DNA of 62,175 nt, counting the filler, from Dugesia japonica (taxonomy: Eukaryota): the NCBI GenBank assembly GCA_001938525.1. It is 5 parts of 5 records of this genome, joined end to end, with 100 filler letters (N's around TTAATTAATTAA, not from the genome) between each part and the next. Parts side by side here need not be neighbours in the genome. Positions count along the whole stretch, not along the records: positions 1 to 10,731 come from MQRL01612327.1; positions 10,832 to 19,564 come from MQRL01498254.1; 3 more parts are not named here. One strand, given 5' to 3'. The notes under the pieces are model-generated. The model was not told where the DNA came from and did no database searches. It worked only from the letters and a program-made list of their open reading frames with translations. The position numbers and the translations under genes are program-made. Within the stretch, counting starts at the first letter, position 1, and every line of letters begins with the position of its first letter. Below are positions 1 through 12,310 of the stretch, in pieces.

Positions 1-765
1 ATTTTAGAATTACGAAAGCACATGTCTTTAGAACCACTGATGGTCGATAAATCAACACAGACTACACGTCCGTGATATGCTGTCATGCTTTTCTTTGTGT
101 GAAATAAATTCCTTTTTATTGTAGCAATACGACTTCTGTCTGTTTAAATCACTTAACTTATACTAATTTTATTATCTAAATTGAATTTAATTGCCAAGTT
201 AACTCTTAATTATTTGTTACTTTGCAGTATCTAGAATTTACCTACCGACCACTCTCCGTCGATGCCATCTGTTGATACAAAAGCTTTTACTGGAGTGTCA
301 CCTTAAGCGCCAAAATGAAAGTGCTTTTCTACGCCACCCCACGCAGCGAAACAGAGTGATTAAAACACTCGACGTTATTGTCAAAAGACACGGTGAACTG
401 GCTGAACATGCGTAACAGATCCTCGCGCATAAGGTCGAATTTTTACAACAATATATCGCTGACCTGTCAAACCGCGTCAAACAGGAAACCTGGGTCCGAT
501 GGAACAGTGACGACGATGAGGCCGCATTCGATTTTGCGAATGGCGAGCCCGCCCAGTGGCTTGACTCTGAGGCCTTAAATTATATGTAGATTGACGAAAA
601 TAAACCTTTCTTGTAATTTTATTGTTAGAATTGGTTTATATGTACTAAATGAAAATAATGGAGAAATAGTGAACCTGAAGAAAAAGATGCGCAAGTGTGT
701 ACTCCACATAAGCGTTGGTAGTGAACCATTTCGCATCGAAAACCTAATAAGGGGCATTATGTAAA

Positions 766-786
766 TTATTATTATTATTATTATTA

Positions 787-835
<49 letters not shown>
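766..835. repeat. (ATT)n microsatellite running into an N gap
   Basis: Directly visible trinucleotide run; similar runs at 4349-4580, 9583-9632 and 10832-10897. Confidence 0.95.
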
Positions 836-1369
836 NNNNNNNNNNNNNNNNNNNNNNNNNNNNNNNNNNNNNNNNNNNNNNNNNNTGGTAATAACTGTTT
901 ATCTGATTTTAAGGCATCTGCATATTGTCTTCAGTTTTACTTTAATTCTCTAGTTTTTTTTAAAATTGAAAAATGTCAAAAAATGACTTTTAAAATTAAG
1001 TGTTCGAGAAAAGCTGAAAGTTTATTTTTGAGTTCTTTGTGTTTTGTTTAACGAATTATCTCTTATGTCTTGATAGAAATCGTGAAAACGTAGTGATCTA
1101 ATAACTGAAAATTAACGCTCTTTAAATAATTGTAAACTATAATTTCAAAAAATAGCTATTAACAATTGTAATTAAGCCTTGGATTTTTTTTATTTGAAAA
1201 AATAAATTGAAACCAATTATTCAGTATGAAAAACAGTTGTTTTGTTGGATACATCAAATCACAATTGACTACTGCATTAACAATAGAAATAGAAAATGAA
1301 TAACTTAGCCATTAGCAGAAAAATCAATATTTATAATAAAATTTTTCATTTTATCTTCGTAATAAAATT

Positions 1370-3033
1370 ATGTCTGAAAAAAAAGTAATTTTATTTTTAT
1401 CTACTTTATAATTCTTCACTACTTATTTTTATAAAACATTTATATATTTTAGTCGATTGATGTAAAACTTATGAATGATTGTATTTATGGTCTCATAGAG
1501 CTGCCACAATATATTGTTGCTATAATCGACACACCCCACTTTCAAAGGTTAAGGTGGATTTATCAAATAGGTTTGACACATTTTGTTTATCCAACAGCTA
1601 CCCATTCTCGATTTGAGCATTCAATTGGAACCTTTCATGTTGCTTCAAAATTGATCAGAAAACTAAAAACTCAACTTGATGATTTGTCAGATAATGATTC
1701 TCCAAAAATCACCAATGAAGACATAATTTGTATTGAAATTGCTGCTCTTTGTCATGATCTTGGACATGGACCATATTCTCATTGGTGGGATGGAGTTTTT
1801 ACTCAGAAAATATGTGGAAAGGATTTCCATAAATCTCANNNNNNNNNNNNNNNNNNNNNNNNNAAATTATTAATAAAAGAAAATGAAAAAGTGGAAAAGA
1901 TATTACAACTGTGGAATATTAAAGAAAACGAAGTAGAATTTATATCTGATTTAATTCGAGGAACTAATGAAAACTGTTCTAATAAAAGAAAATTCTTATT
2001 TGAAATTGTCTCCAATAAGGAATCGGGTTTAGACGTTGATAAGTTTGATTATGTAGCAAGAGATATGGTTTATCTAGGTCAATCAATAACTTCGTATCAA
2101 TTGGAAATATTTCGATTTATTCATTTTTTTAAAGTGAAAAAAAATGGAAACGGCATATGGCGTTTAACAATGAGAGATAAAGAATTCATTCACGTTCATA
2201 AATTATTCCATTTAAGACATATTTTACATAGAATTGCTTGTCATAACAAAACCACAAAATCTATTGAATTAATGCTTTGTGATGCATATGAAGAAGCTAA
2301 AGTAAAATTCGAGAAAAGTCAAAAAATCTCTACTATGGATGAATCAATATTAAAAATGCTTTTTACATATGAAAATCTATGTACCACCAAATTGATTTTA
2401 CTACTATCTGATCAATACTTTTGGCATTTAATAGATATAAACAACAATAATTCGATATTAAAACGAATTTTAACTAGGAATTTGTATGTTCTATACAAAG
2501 TTTTTGTTAAAAAAAATTGCTATTATAAATTTGAAGATTTAATAGAAAATAAAAACAAGATGATAAAAAATGGAAAACTATTATTAGATGATATTTTNNN
2601 NNNNNNNNNNNNNNNNNNNNNNNNNNNNNNNNNNNNNNNNNNNNNNNNNNNNNNNNNNNNNNNNNNNNNNNNNNNNNNNNNNNNNNNNNNNNNNNNNNNN
2701 NNNNNNNNNNNNNNNNNNNNNNNNNNNNNNNNNNNNNNNNNNNNNNNNNNNNNNNNNNNNNNNNNNNNNNNNNNNNNNNNNNNNNNNNNNNNNNNNNNNN
2801 NNNNNNNNNNNNNNNNNAATCCGCTTTTTCAAGTTTACTTTTATAAGAAAAATAGAGATGATATTTTCCAATTTAACGAAGAAAATTTACCAAATGCTGT
2901 GACTAATATAAATGAAAACGAAATTGAAATCCAAATTTATCTAATTAATAATGAGAAACTAGATGAAAATATTTCAAAAAAAATTCAGGAATGGGTCAAA
3001 GCTCACAAATTTTTAGAACAAGATTTTATTTAA
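1370..3033 (+). CDS. SAMHD1: SAMHD1-like HD-domain dNTP triphosphohydrolase lacking the SAM domain; predicted exon 1 1370-1384, intron 1385-1452, exon 2 1453-3033 (two N gaps)
   Basis: Motifs IIDTPHFQRLR, HSRFEHSIG, ALCHDLGHGPYSH, GLDVDKFDY and MRDKE match the SAMHD1 HD domain. An upstream ATG TCT GAA AAA AAA splices in frame through a 68-nt GT..AG intron to give MSEKKSIDVKLMND. Confidence 0.9.
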
Positions 3034-3284
3034 CTCTATTTTTTATTGATTATNNNNNNNNNNNNNNNNNNNNNNNNNNNNNNNNNNNNNNNNNNNNNNN
3101 NNNTTTTAATAATTAACTTAACATGCCATTTAGTTAAATATTTATTTATCACAACAAGTTCATATAAGTATATAATGTAATCTTCAGGGAAACGGTTTAA
3201 ACCTATGAATAAAGTAAGTATACAGAAGTTACGAATTATGCAATCTATTATGTAGTAGTTAATTAATTAAAGACATTCAATTTA

Positions 3285-3900
3285 GAAACTCCAGTTTGAA
3301 CATTAAACTTTTTATCATATGATCTAATCATAAAGGCTTCGCATATTATTCTTTCCCAATAATCTTTAAAATGTTGTGCAGACATTTAACAAATATACTT
3401 ATAATAGCTCAAATCTTATACAAAATGTTCTATAAAGCTTGGCCTATCAATTATGCTATCTTTTTCCAACAAGAAAGTTTGGAATCAATCCAGATTATAA
3501 TTTTAATTTTCAGTTTTACCGAAACCAGTAACTAATTAAATTAAAACAATTTCTAAACGGTTCTTGGAGTCAAGTAGTAAAATTTTGTTTTAAATGAAAC
3601 AATTTTTGAAATTTGCTGCATCTTTTAAAATAAAGATACAACCTAAGCATGGGAATAGCTGGAACAATTAAAACTAAATTTAACTTTCCAAACTACGTGG
3701 AAATCCTTCAGAAATCTTTGAAAGACTTAAATGCTTAAATGTAATGTAGATTGATGAATTGATTAAAACGCTATGAATTTAATCTACCCTTGTACTCAAA
3801 TTATACGGGTTCAAAATCCATCAAAGAATTCAAATTCTTTAGAGCATGATTTCCTAGCAACAGTGTCCTGAAATATTTTCATTTACCCATTACTATTTAT
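3285..3900 (-). mobile_element. Heavily decayed Penelope-like element remnant (C-terminal part of GIY-YIG endonuclease)
   Basis: Minus-strand translation KDYWERIICEAFMIRSYDKKFNVQTG resembles the R.I.EA..I....LN...G end of PLE GIY-YIG domains. Boundaries are approximate. Confidence 0.4.
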
Positions 3901-4346
3901 TTAAATTAAAGTTATATAAAAGATAAGAATGCAGTTGCGTAAAATGTGGAAATCTAGCAGACCTTGTCACAAAACAAAGACAAAAATAAATGGTTTTTAT
4001 AAAAAATAATAATTTTTCCAATATCTGAGAACTTGTGGGTTCAAGTAATAGTTTAACATTAAATAATATCAAATCTGTAATTTTAAAATTTCGCTTCTAA
4101 TTATATTAAAATTTCTCTTGATTTTGCTGTTTCTATTTGTACTGAAATCTTTTCTGAAGCATAACCACGACATTCATTTAAAATGTTATCTTAAAATGAA
4201 ACAGAAATACTTTGAAGAGTATTTGTCCTGTTTGCAAGGGTTTCATGAACCTGATTTTACTTTTGATGTAAATCTTAACATTCCCATATGCTTTAAGCAA
4301 TAATTGTAAATAAAAATGCGATTCCCGACGCAACACACATACAATT

Positions 4347-4348
<2 letters not shown>

Positions 4349-4407
<59 letters not shown>

Positions 4408-4519
4408 NNNNNNNNNNNNNNNNNNNNNNNNNNNNNNNNNNNNNNNNNNNNNNNNNNNNNNNNNNNNNNNNNNNNNNNNNNNNNNNNNNNNNNNNNNNNN
4501 NNNNNNNNNNNNNNNNNNN

Positions 4520-4580
<61 letters not shown>
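4349..4580. repeat. (AAT)n microsatellite spanning an N gap
   Basis: Directly visible. Confidence 0.95.
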
Positions 4581-5144
4581 TAAAATCTATATGATCGGCA
4601 GATTAATGATGAAATTATTAAGAAAAAGACAATTATTTATTTAAAAAGTCATCTGAAGTTTTATGTAGAGTTTTCTTTTGAATGATTTTCTGTAAATCAA
4701 CTTTGACTTGTTTTAAATTTTTTACTGTATCATCGGTTATTTTTTGAGTAGAGCTGTTTGAAGAAGAACTTGCTTTGATGACAATTTCAATTGCATGGAA
4801 TAAATTGCTTGTAAAATTTCTTCAAACTATGACTTGAGATCAGAATTCTTTACCACTCTGAGGAGGGGGGGTTCGTGAAGAGTGGTTTCATGGTGACATA
4901 CCTTTGTGGCGAATTTAAGCATTTTACGACACAAGTACTTTAGGGGATGTATAGGTAGTTTTTAATTTTAGGAAGACTGCCACAAATTTCGAGATGATAT
5001 CTTTCAAAAAGGCGGTGTTTTTAATTTAAATCTTTAATAACCTTTGAAAGGTAAGCCGACCAAGAAATTAAATGCATAAAATTGCGCAGCTTTACTTTGC
5101 GCGTCTAATGATGAAATTTTAATGAAAAATTGCGCACACGAGAA

Positions 5145-5843
5145 TCAGAAAACTGTGCAAAATATTTGAAAATTGATTACGCAATCGATTGCGTAATCAN
5201 NNNNNNNNNNNNNNNNNNNNNNNNNNNNNNNNNNNNNNNNNNNNNNNNNTATATTTAAGTTTTTTCTATGGGCTGAAACATCTAAATTATTCATTGAATT
5301 TGCTTCTCCATGGAGAACTTTCAATTTCAGATTTTTAAATCTATAGAGCCATCCTTTGCTGAATTGCAGGTCACCAACATTTAGTTTTTGTCCAAATCCC
5401 TTTGCTTTTGTAATGATAATTTCATCAGTCACGTAACCATTTATCGNATCCATTCGAGATATCCATTCGATCAATGAATTCTCAAACAGAGAATGAATTT
5501 TCGAATATTGTCTGGAGTAAGTGTTTTAGGTTTCACAGTTTTTCCATTTCTCTTTATTTTTCAAGATTTCTGATAACGTAGAAATTCCAAGGTCCATGTT
5601 TAATTCTCTTCTGATAATTTGAGACAATTCACTCTGAGACATTTTCTTTGACTCCTTTAATACACAAATTTTTGCCTTTTGATGAATTGTAATTTCTGTT
5701 TAATTTAAATAAATCAAAATTGTGAACAAGCTTAATATTTAAACAACATTAATCCGAAACTTTTACAAATTATTAGAAATTTAATTCAAAAAAGAGCTTT
5801 CCATTTGCGAATCATGAAGTTTCAGATTAATGAGTGTTGACTG
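5145..5843 (-). mobile_element. Tigger/pogo DNA transposon, 5' end with decayed CENP-B-type HTH transposase
   Basis: EWISRMD..VTDEIIITKAK..LQFSKGWLYRFK..LHGEANS is a CENP-B/Tigger HTH. An upstream frame gives ITIHQKAKIC..MSQSELS..ISTLSEIL. The minus-strand end TA|CAGTCAACACTCATTAATC at 5843 fits a Tigger TIR with TA target site. Confidence 0.8.
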
Positions 5844-7432
5844 TATATTAATTTCCATTCACAAATATTCATTAAAAAAAATTTCAAAATATTTAAAAAT
5901 ATTTTAAAATATTGGCTTTATCTTCCATCATAGTAAATTCTATTTTTTCATTTTTTAAAAATAATAAAAATCCGAAATAATTTTTTAGGAATTTTTTACA
6001 ATTTATACGAANNNNNNNNNNNNNNNNNNNNNNNNNNNNNNNNNNNNNNNNNNNNNNNNNNNNNNNNNNNNNNNNNNNNNNNNNNNNNNNNNNNNNNNNN
6101 NNNNNNNNNNNNNNNAGCAACTAAATTAGAAGGCATTTTTGATGAATGTTTTATTTAAATGTTTTTTGTAAATGAAATATCAAAAGATCATTGTATTTTG
6201 ATTACTAATATCATGACCAAACCGGTTATCAATTATTTTTGGTCGTTGGGAGATTTTCAGAATGACAAATTTTTCGTTTCTAATCATGAAATCAAATCAT
6301 ATTTGGTTCAGTATTTTGCTCGAAAAATCGAAGAGTTTTTGAACGTTTCATTATGATGTTACCTTAGAGATGGTAAAAAAAATAATTTAAATAAATATGT
6401 TTTATTAGTTAGTTTCATTGAAATTTCTAGAAAATCGATTGAAAAACAAGATGAATAAAGTGAGAAATAACAAGTTAGATAACAAGATTTTCTANTTATT
6501 AAATAACTAACAACAAAACCTATGATTTGATGCAGATATTTTCATTATTGATAAATCAATCAATTTGTTTAAGTAGTAAAATTTACAGTAGCGATCAGGT
6601 TTTATTAAATAATCAATAAACTATTGAAATGTTACTTATACTAAATTATCTAAATGAATTGTATTTTAATGAATTTAAATAATTTTAACAAGTTGGTGTA
6701 TTAAAAGTACAGCTTTTGTGTTAAAATAATAAATTATTGAATATATAAATTGTTAGATGAGTTTGGAGTACTCATCGATACAATTAAGAAATCAATACGT
6801 TTCATTTTTTAAAATCTATTCAATTACAAGGCAAATCAAAAACACAAAATATAGATTTGTCTTTTGCAAACAAATTTTGAAAATTTATATTCGAAACAGA
6901 AAAATATGTGATTTATTTAAAAATATGTGATTAATTCANNNNNNNNNNNNNNNNNNNNNNNNNNNNNNNNNNNNNNNNNNNNNNNNNNNNNNNNNNNNNN
7001 NNNNNNNNNNNNNNNNNNNNNNNNNNNNNNNNNNNNNNNNNNNNNNNNNNNNNNNNNNNNNNCAAATTATAAATTTTAGATTTAACACAAATTATAAATT
7101 GTAAATTCGCTTCCTGTTAACAAATTTAAAATCTAAAATTTCGTTTTCTGAAAAAATAAATTTTAAAATTGGCTTTAAACTGTAAATTACACGAAAATTT
7201 AAAATTTATTTTGCAAACTATTTTAATGATTTGATTTAAATATTTACCAAATCTGATTTTAATAAATTTCTTTTCAACATACAAAAAATTTAAATTCGCT
7301 TTTAAAAACTATCTTACATTCACTTTTTTAAAAATTTTTTTATTTGTAACTTCCACAACGTATCATGTCTTCCATTATATTTACAGAAAATAACTCTATA
7401 TCTTCATATGTTTCATGAATAAGATGTACTTC

Positions 7433-8230
7433 TTAATTCTGAATCCAATCTTTTCTTGCCTGGCCGTTAACAAAATTATTTTTTCTATTGTCTTCTCTCG
7501 TTTTTTTTGATGTCCGTATAACATTCTTCCGCGATGTGACCCGAATTTTACATCTACCGCATAGAATCTCCGTGCATAACTTTCTGATGTGCCCAATTTT
7601 ACTACACCCAAACCATCTTGATGGCTTCTTGTTTGGACAATTTCTACTTATATGCAATTTCTTTCGACAAGTCCGACATGTTATCTGAGATTCTTGGGAC
7701 ATTCTCTTTTTGTGTGACAATAACTTTGGCGTGTCCAACACTCTTATACTGTTCTTTTCTTCATATCTCTTTGTCTGTCTATAGTAACTTCTCNNNNNNN
7801 NNNNNNNNNNNNNNNNNNNNNNNCGTTAATAGGTTATCGTCTTTCTATATTTTCTACTAGTGATAGTCTTTTCTTCATATCTTCTACTTTCTCCAATTTT
7901 CGCATAATTATCTCTTCTTCTGTTTTTTTGCATCTGCGTAATTAATTAGCATTTTTTACAAGATTATTTCTTTCGTTAGCTCTTCATTTGCTAAATTTTT
8001 AAATTTTGAGTATTAATTATGTTTGTACTGTTTAAAGGTTTAAATTTTGCCAATAAAGTTAATTATATATATAAATCTTTTAAAAAATTTACGTGATACT
8101 AGAATAGCTTTTATTTCTCTTGAAGTAAATCATTTTGTTTCCCAGAAAATTTTACAAGTATTTTGTTAAATTTGCCTCCGTGGATACATGTTGTCCAAAT
8201 GGAACTTTAATTTTTGTTTCTCATTTAAAA
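7433..8230 (-). mobile_element. LTR-retrotransposon gag remnant with tandem CCHC zinc knuckles
   Basis: CRTCRKKLHISRNC, WFGCSKIGHIRKLC and CGRCK.. form three partly degenerate knuckles. The upstream frame is broken. Confidence 0.65.
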
Positions 8231-9489
8231 GGGCTTAATTTTTATTACAAGTTGTAATTTACAACTTTTCTGTAAGCTTAATTTTATTCGAAAACACTTA
8301 CAATTTAATTGAATATTAATTATTATTATTAAATATTAAATATTACACAACAATAATTAGACCTAAACACTGTAAACGTCTTNNNNNNNNNNNTCTTAAC
8401 AGGGATAAAATTCTCCAAAAATCTCTGTAATTTTACCAACAATATTTAACATTAGAAATTATTTAATTATTATTTATTTTTCATTCTGTTTTATTTTTCA
8501 AATTTCTAAATTAATCAGAATTATATTTAAATTATATGAAAAACAATTTTAGAAACTACACTTCATTGTATTTTCACATTCAACTTAGTCGTGACCATGG
8601 ACCGTAAAATATATATATTACATCAAATTGCGGACATATATAACTCGGATTTAAAAACAGTATAAAGAGAAAATTTTGGAGTTATTTCAACAAAAATTTA
8701 TTAGAAAGATCAACATTGTCTAAGTGTATAAAATAATTGAAACCATTTCCAATATGTGCTTAGTTCAGTTATATGTAACTTAGTCATGACCGTGGGCCCC
8801 ACTCATAATAATAAAAGATTTAGAATTATTGTGAAGGCTAGATAAAATCAAGCAGTGGGTTCTACTCTTAATTATATGTCAAAATTCTTGAAAAAATAAA
8901 TGCAAATTATTTCATTTAACTGAATACGCATTTTAAAACATAAATATACTACTATTTATTTTAAGTAGTTTAAAATCGGTATTAATTAAAAGTTGTGGTT
9001 TGTTTTAAATTGATTATACTTTTTAGGTAAATACTAGATATTTCTTTTATAAAATGGAAATTATAAATATCGTGGATTCTATGTGGTGTCATTTCTACTT
9101 TGGACGAAATTGTTTTATATATAATTTTTTTAATTTCAGTTTATTATTCACTACAAATATATATTGATATGAAAGTGACTGCGAGTGCAAAATATTATGA
9201 GAATCAATTTTTGTTACCGGTTATTAAAAACTTTGATATTTTATAAGCAATATTTAAACAATAATCAAAATTTTAAAATGATAACTGATCAATTTTTATT
9301 TATCTAGAAAATTAAAATGTTAAAATGTTAAGTTGAATTTTAAAAATTATCAGTTGATTAGTTAATTTAAAATAATTAAACCAATAATAATACTTCTACT
9401 AGTAGTGTACAAATAATAATAATAATTTTACAATTGCAATAATTATTGGATGTAACCATTGATCGTTTTTTATAATTCATTTAAAATAA

Positions 9490-9580
9490 AAGTCAATTCC
9501 TGACGAAGACAAGGTCGAAATATCGAATCAATTTCAAAAACAACATAAAAAAATTTTATGATCGAAGCTTTTATTTTAAA

Positions 9581-9582
<2 letters not shown>
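9490..9582 (+). mobile_element. Penelope-like terminal repeat fragment with a minimal hammerhead-ribozyme-like core
   Basis: ATTC-CTGACGA-A-GAC AAG GTC-GAAA-TA-TC-GAAT followed by TGATCGAAGCTTTTATTTTAA. The same tail lies at the 3' end of the GIY-YIG remnant at 58215-58300 (minus) and near 23480. Confidence 0.5.
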
Positions 9583-9632
<50 letters not shown>

Positions 9633-10775
9633 NNNNNNNNNNNNNNNNNNNNNNNNNNNNNNNNNNNNNNNNNNNNNNNNNNNNNNNNNNNNNNNNNNNN
9701 NNNNNNNNNNNNNNNNNNNNNNNNNNNNNNNNNNNNNNNNNNNNNNNNNNNNNNNNNNNNNNNNNNNNNNNNNNNNNNNNNNNNNNNNNNNNNNNNNNNN
9801 NNNNNNNNNNNNNNNNNNNNNNNNNNNAAAAGAAATAGCGATAAACCTACTCAAAGCTATCGGAATTCAAATTAGTAAAATGATAGGATTCTAATTGCTT
9901 GTATTAATTACAAATGTTTCATGAATCATTCTGCCTATATTGAATTCTTGACATTTTGAAATTTACAGAAAAACTGGTTTGCAATTGGAGTTATAATTTA
10001 TACTGAAGATTTATTATATAATTACTTAAATCACAAATGGGTGTTGTAAAACGTATTTAATAATGTGATACAATACAATTTTTCATTCAAAATTATCTTT
10101 TACATAAAGAAAAAAATTTAGAATTACAATAAATTAAAATGCCCATATCAAAATGTGGTTGTTTTTGTTTTATTGTTAGTAATCTTAATTTACGATGATA
10201 GTATTCTACAGGAATTTACTTTTTGATTTATTATAGTTATTATTAGTAGATAGATGCGAGCGCATTGTACCATGTAGCTCTCTCTCGAAAATATATTGCC
10301 CTGGTTTATAATTTTGGCATTGGTTATCGTGGATTTATTGATTTTCGATATGATTGATTATTGATGTCAAATGTGATTGATTGATTTAGGATTTTTTTCG
10401 GATCAAAATGGAAATTTTTTTTTGTTTAAATTATTATTGGAATTTTGTGGTAATTTTAAATTTTGTTTTATATTTTTTGAAATTTTTTTGGATTTTTTTA
10501 AATAGCTATTTTGTTGGTATTGTGGGTATTNGGCTATTGCAGTATTGTGAGTGAAAATTGTAGTTGCATATTTGATGCACAGTTTATGGTGTGGGTAAGT
10601 GTGTGTAAGAATACATTGAAGAAAACAAAATTTGAGTAAAAAAAGATGAGTTTGTGCACAATTTTGTTTAAAAAAAGATGTGATGTAATGAGTCTTTATT
10701 GGATTTGAAGCCATTTGGGATTGTTGGAAAANNNNNNNNNNNNNNNNNNNNNNNNNNNNNNNNNNNNNNNNNNNN

Positions 10776-10787
10776 TTAATTAATTAA
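10776..10787. other. Artificial contig linker TTAATTAATTAA flanked by Ns
   Basis: Identical 12-mer with stops in all six frames, centred in a 100-base N block, seen four times in the window. Confidence 0.95.
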
Positions 10788-10844
10788 NNNNNNNNNNNNN
10801 NNNNNNNNNNNNNNNNNNNNNNNNNNNNNNNTTATTATTATTAA

Positions 10845-10900
<56 letters not shown>

Positions 10901-12310
10901 TATTTTTTTCTTTGTAGTATGTTTTAGAGACTTTGTAGTTCAGAGTCAATTGTAACAATTGGAAATGTAATAATAATAATTTGGGATTGTAATATACTTT
11001 TTTTTAGTAAATATCTTTTGGTTTCTGTAATAATAGTTAATTAATTATGTGTAATCAATTTCGGTAATATTTTTTATTTAATCAATTGTTTATTTGCAAT
11101 ATAATTTATTCAATGATTAGCTATTGTTTAATTATTAATTTTTAATAATTTTGAATCGAAGAGTAATTTTATTTACCATATTGGAATCTGATAATGAAAT
11201 AAAATTTAATCAAGAGGTTGGTAATCCTCATTAAAATAATTAAAATTTTTAACCAATTGATTTGGTTATATAATTTTAATTAGAATAATTATTAGATTTA
11301 TAGTTTTATTTTTGTATAACCTGTCTTAGAATTTCATTGAATAAATTATTTGCTAATCTTAGTGCCTTTATTGAAAAAAATTGTCTTCGAAGGATTTTCA
11401 TATTACTCCATATTTAATTTTCTATTCAAAAATATTAAAATCGAACTTATTTATTTATTTTAAAATTCACACCCAGATATTATTCATTTCAGATGTGTTG
11501 CTCATAATGTACAGTTATTTACTTATATTTCAAATATTTCAAATTAATATTAAAACATGTATACAAACACTCAGAAAATCTTATTCTGTAAGATTTTATT
11601 TCTGCAATATTTGAAAGTAAACAAACAAAAACTTGAATCATTAATGATTTTCATAAATGAAAATTTTCAAAATTAGCTAAGACTCTTATTATTTGATAGT
11701 TTTGTTAGAACATAATGATTTTTTTCATTTGGTTCCGATTCACTGTCTTGAAATAAATGAAAATTATTTCATCAATTTCCTAAGGATCTTTTCACAATAG
11801 TATTATAGTGAATCATTGTAATAAAAAGCATGAATTATTGTTTAAAAAATTTTTTTTAAAAATTGATAATTTTTTCCACATTTCATGAAACACTGTATAA
11901 CAAATTTATAATAATATTTATTGAAAATATTTGAACTTTTGTAAATAAATAAATTTTGAATTATTAATTTATAAAGAAAAATTAACTTGGATTAAACTAA
12001 AATTGTTTTAAATACTAATTAAAAAACCTTACAAGTGATTCACTAAAATGTCACATTTAAATAGCCTGAAAATATTTCTAAAATAATATTGAGTAATCAA
12101 TCATCCGATAAACAACATGGTTGAGAATCTTCAATTGAATGACTTGTTTACGTCAGAAAATTAAATAGATTCTGAATATGCCTAATTTAAATAAAGCTAG
12201 ATTTCGTTTATTTATATATTGTAAGTATATAAATTCTTGATAAAAATTACTGTAAAATGTGCGATTAATAGTTTGCTTTATTAAAATTCTTTGCTTTTAA
12301 TTGTCTGAAA

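Noticed and set aside
2584-2902. ORFs made mainly of X, or of poly-I/N/L from microsatellites (also 4316, 5893, 9576, 9580, 40125)
   Set aside because: Artefacts of N gaps and simple repeats.
10776-10787. Recurrent palindrome TTAATTAATTAA as a biological motif
   Set aside because: Always centred in a 100-base N block and encodes stops in all frames, so it is an assembly linker.
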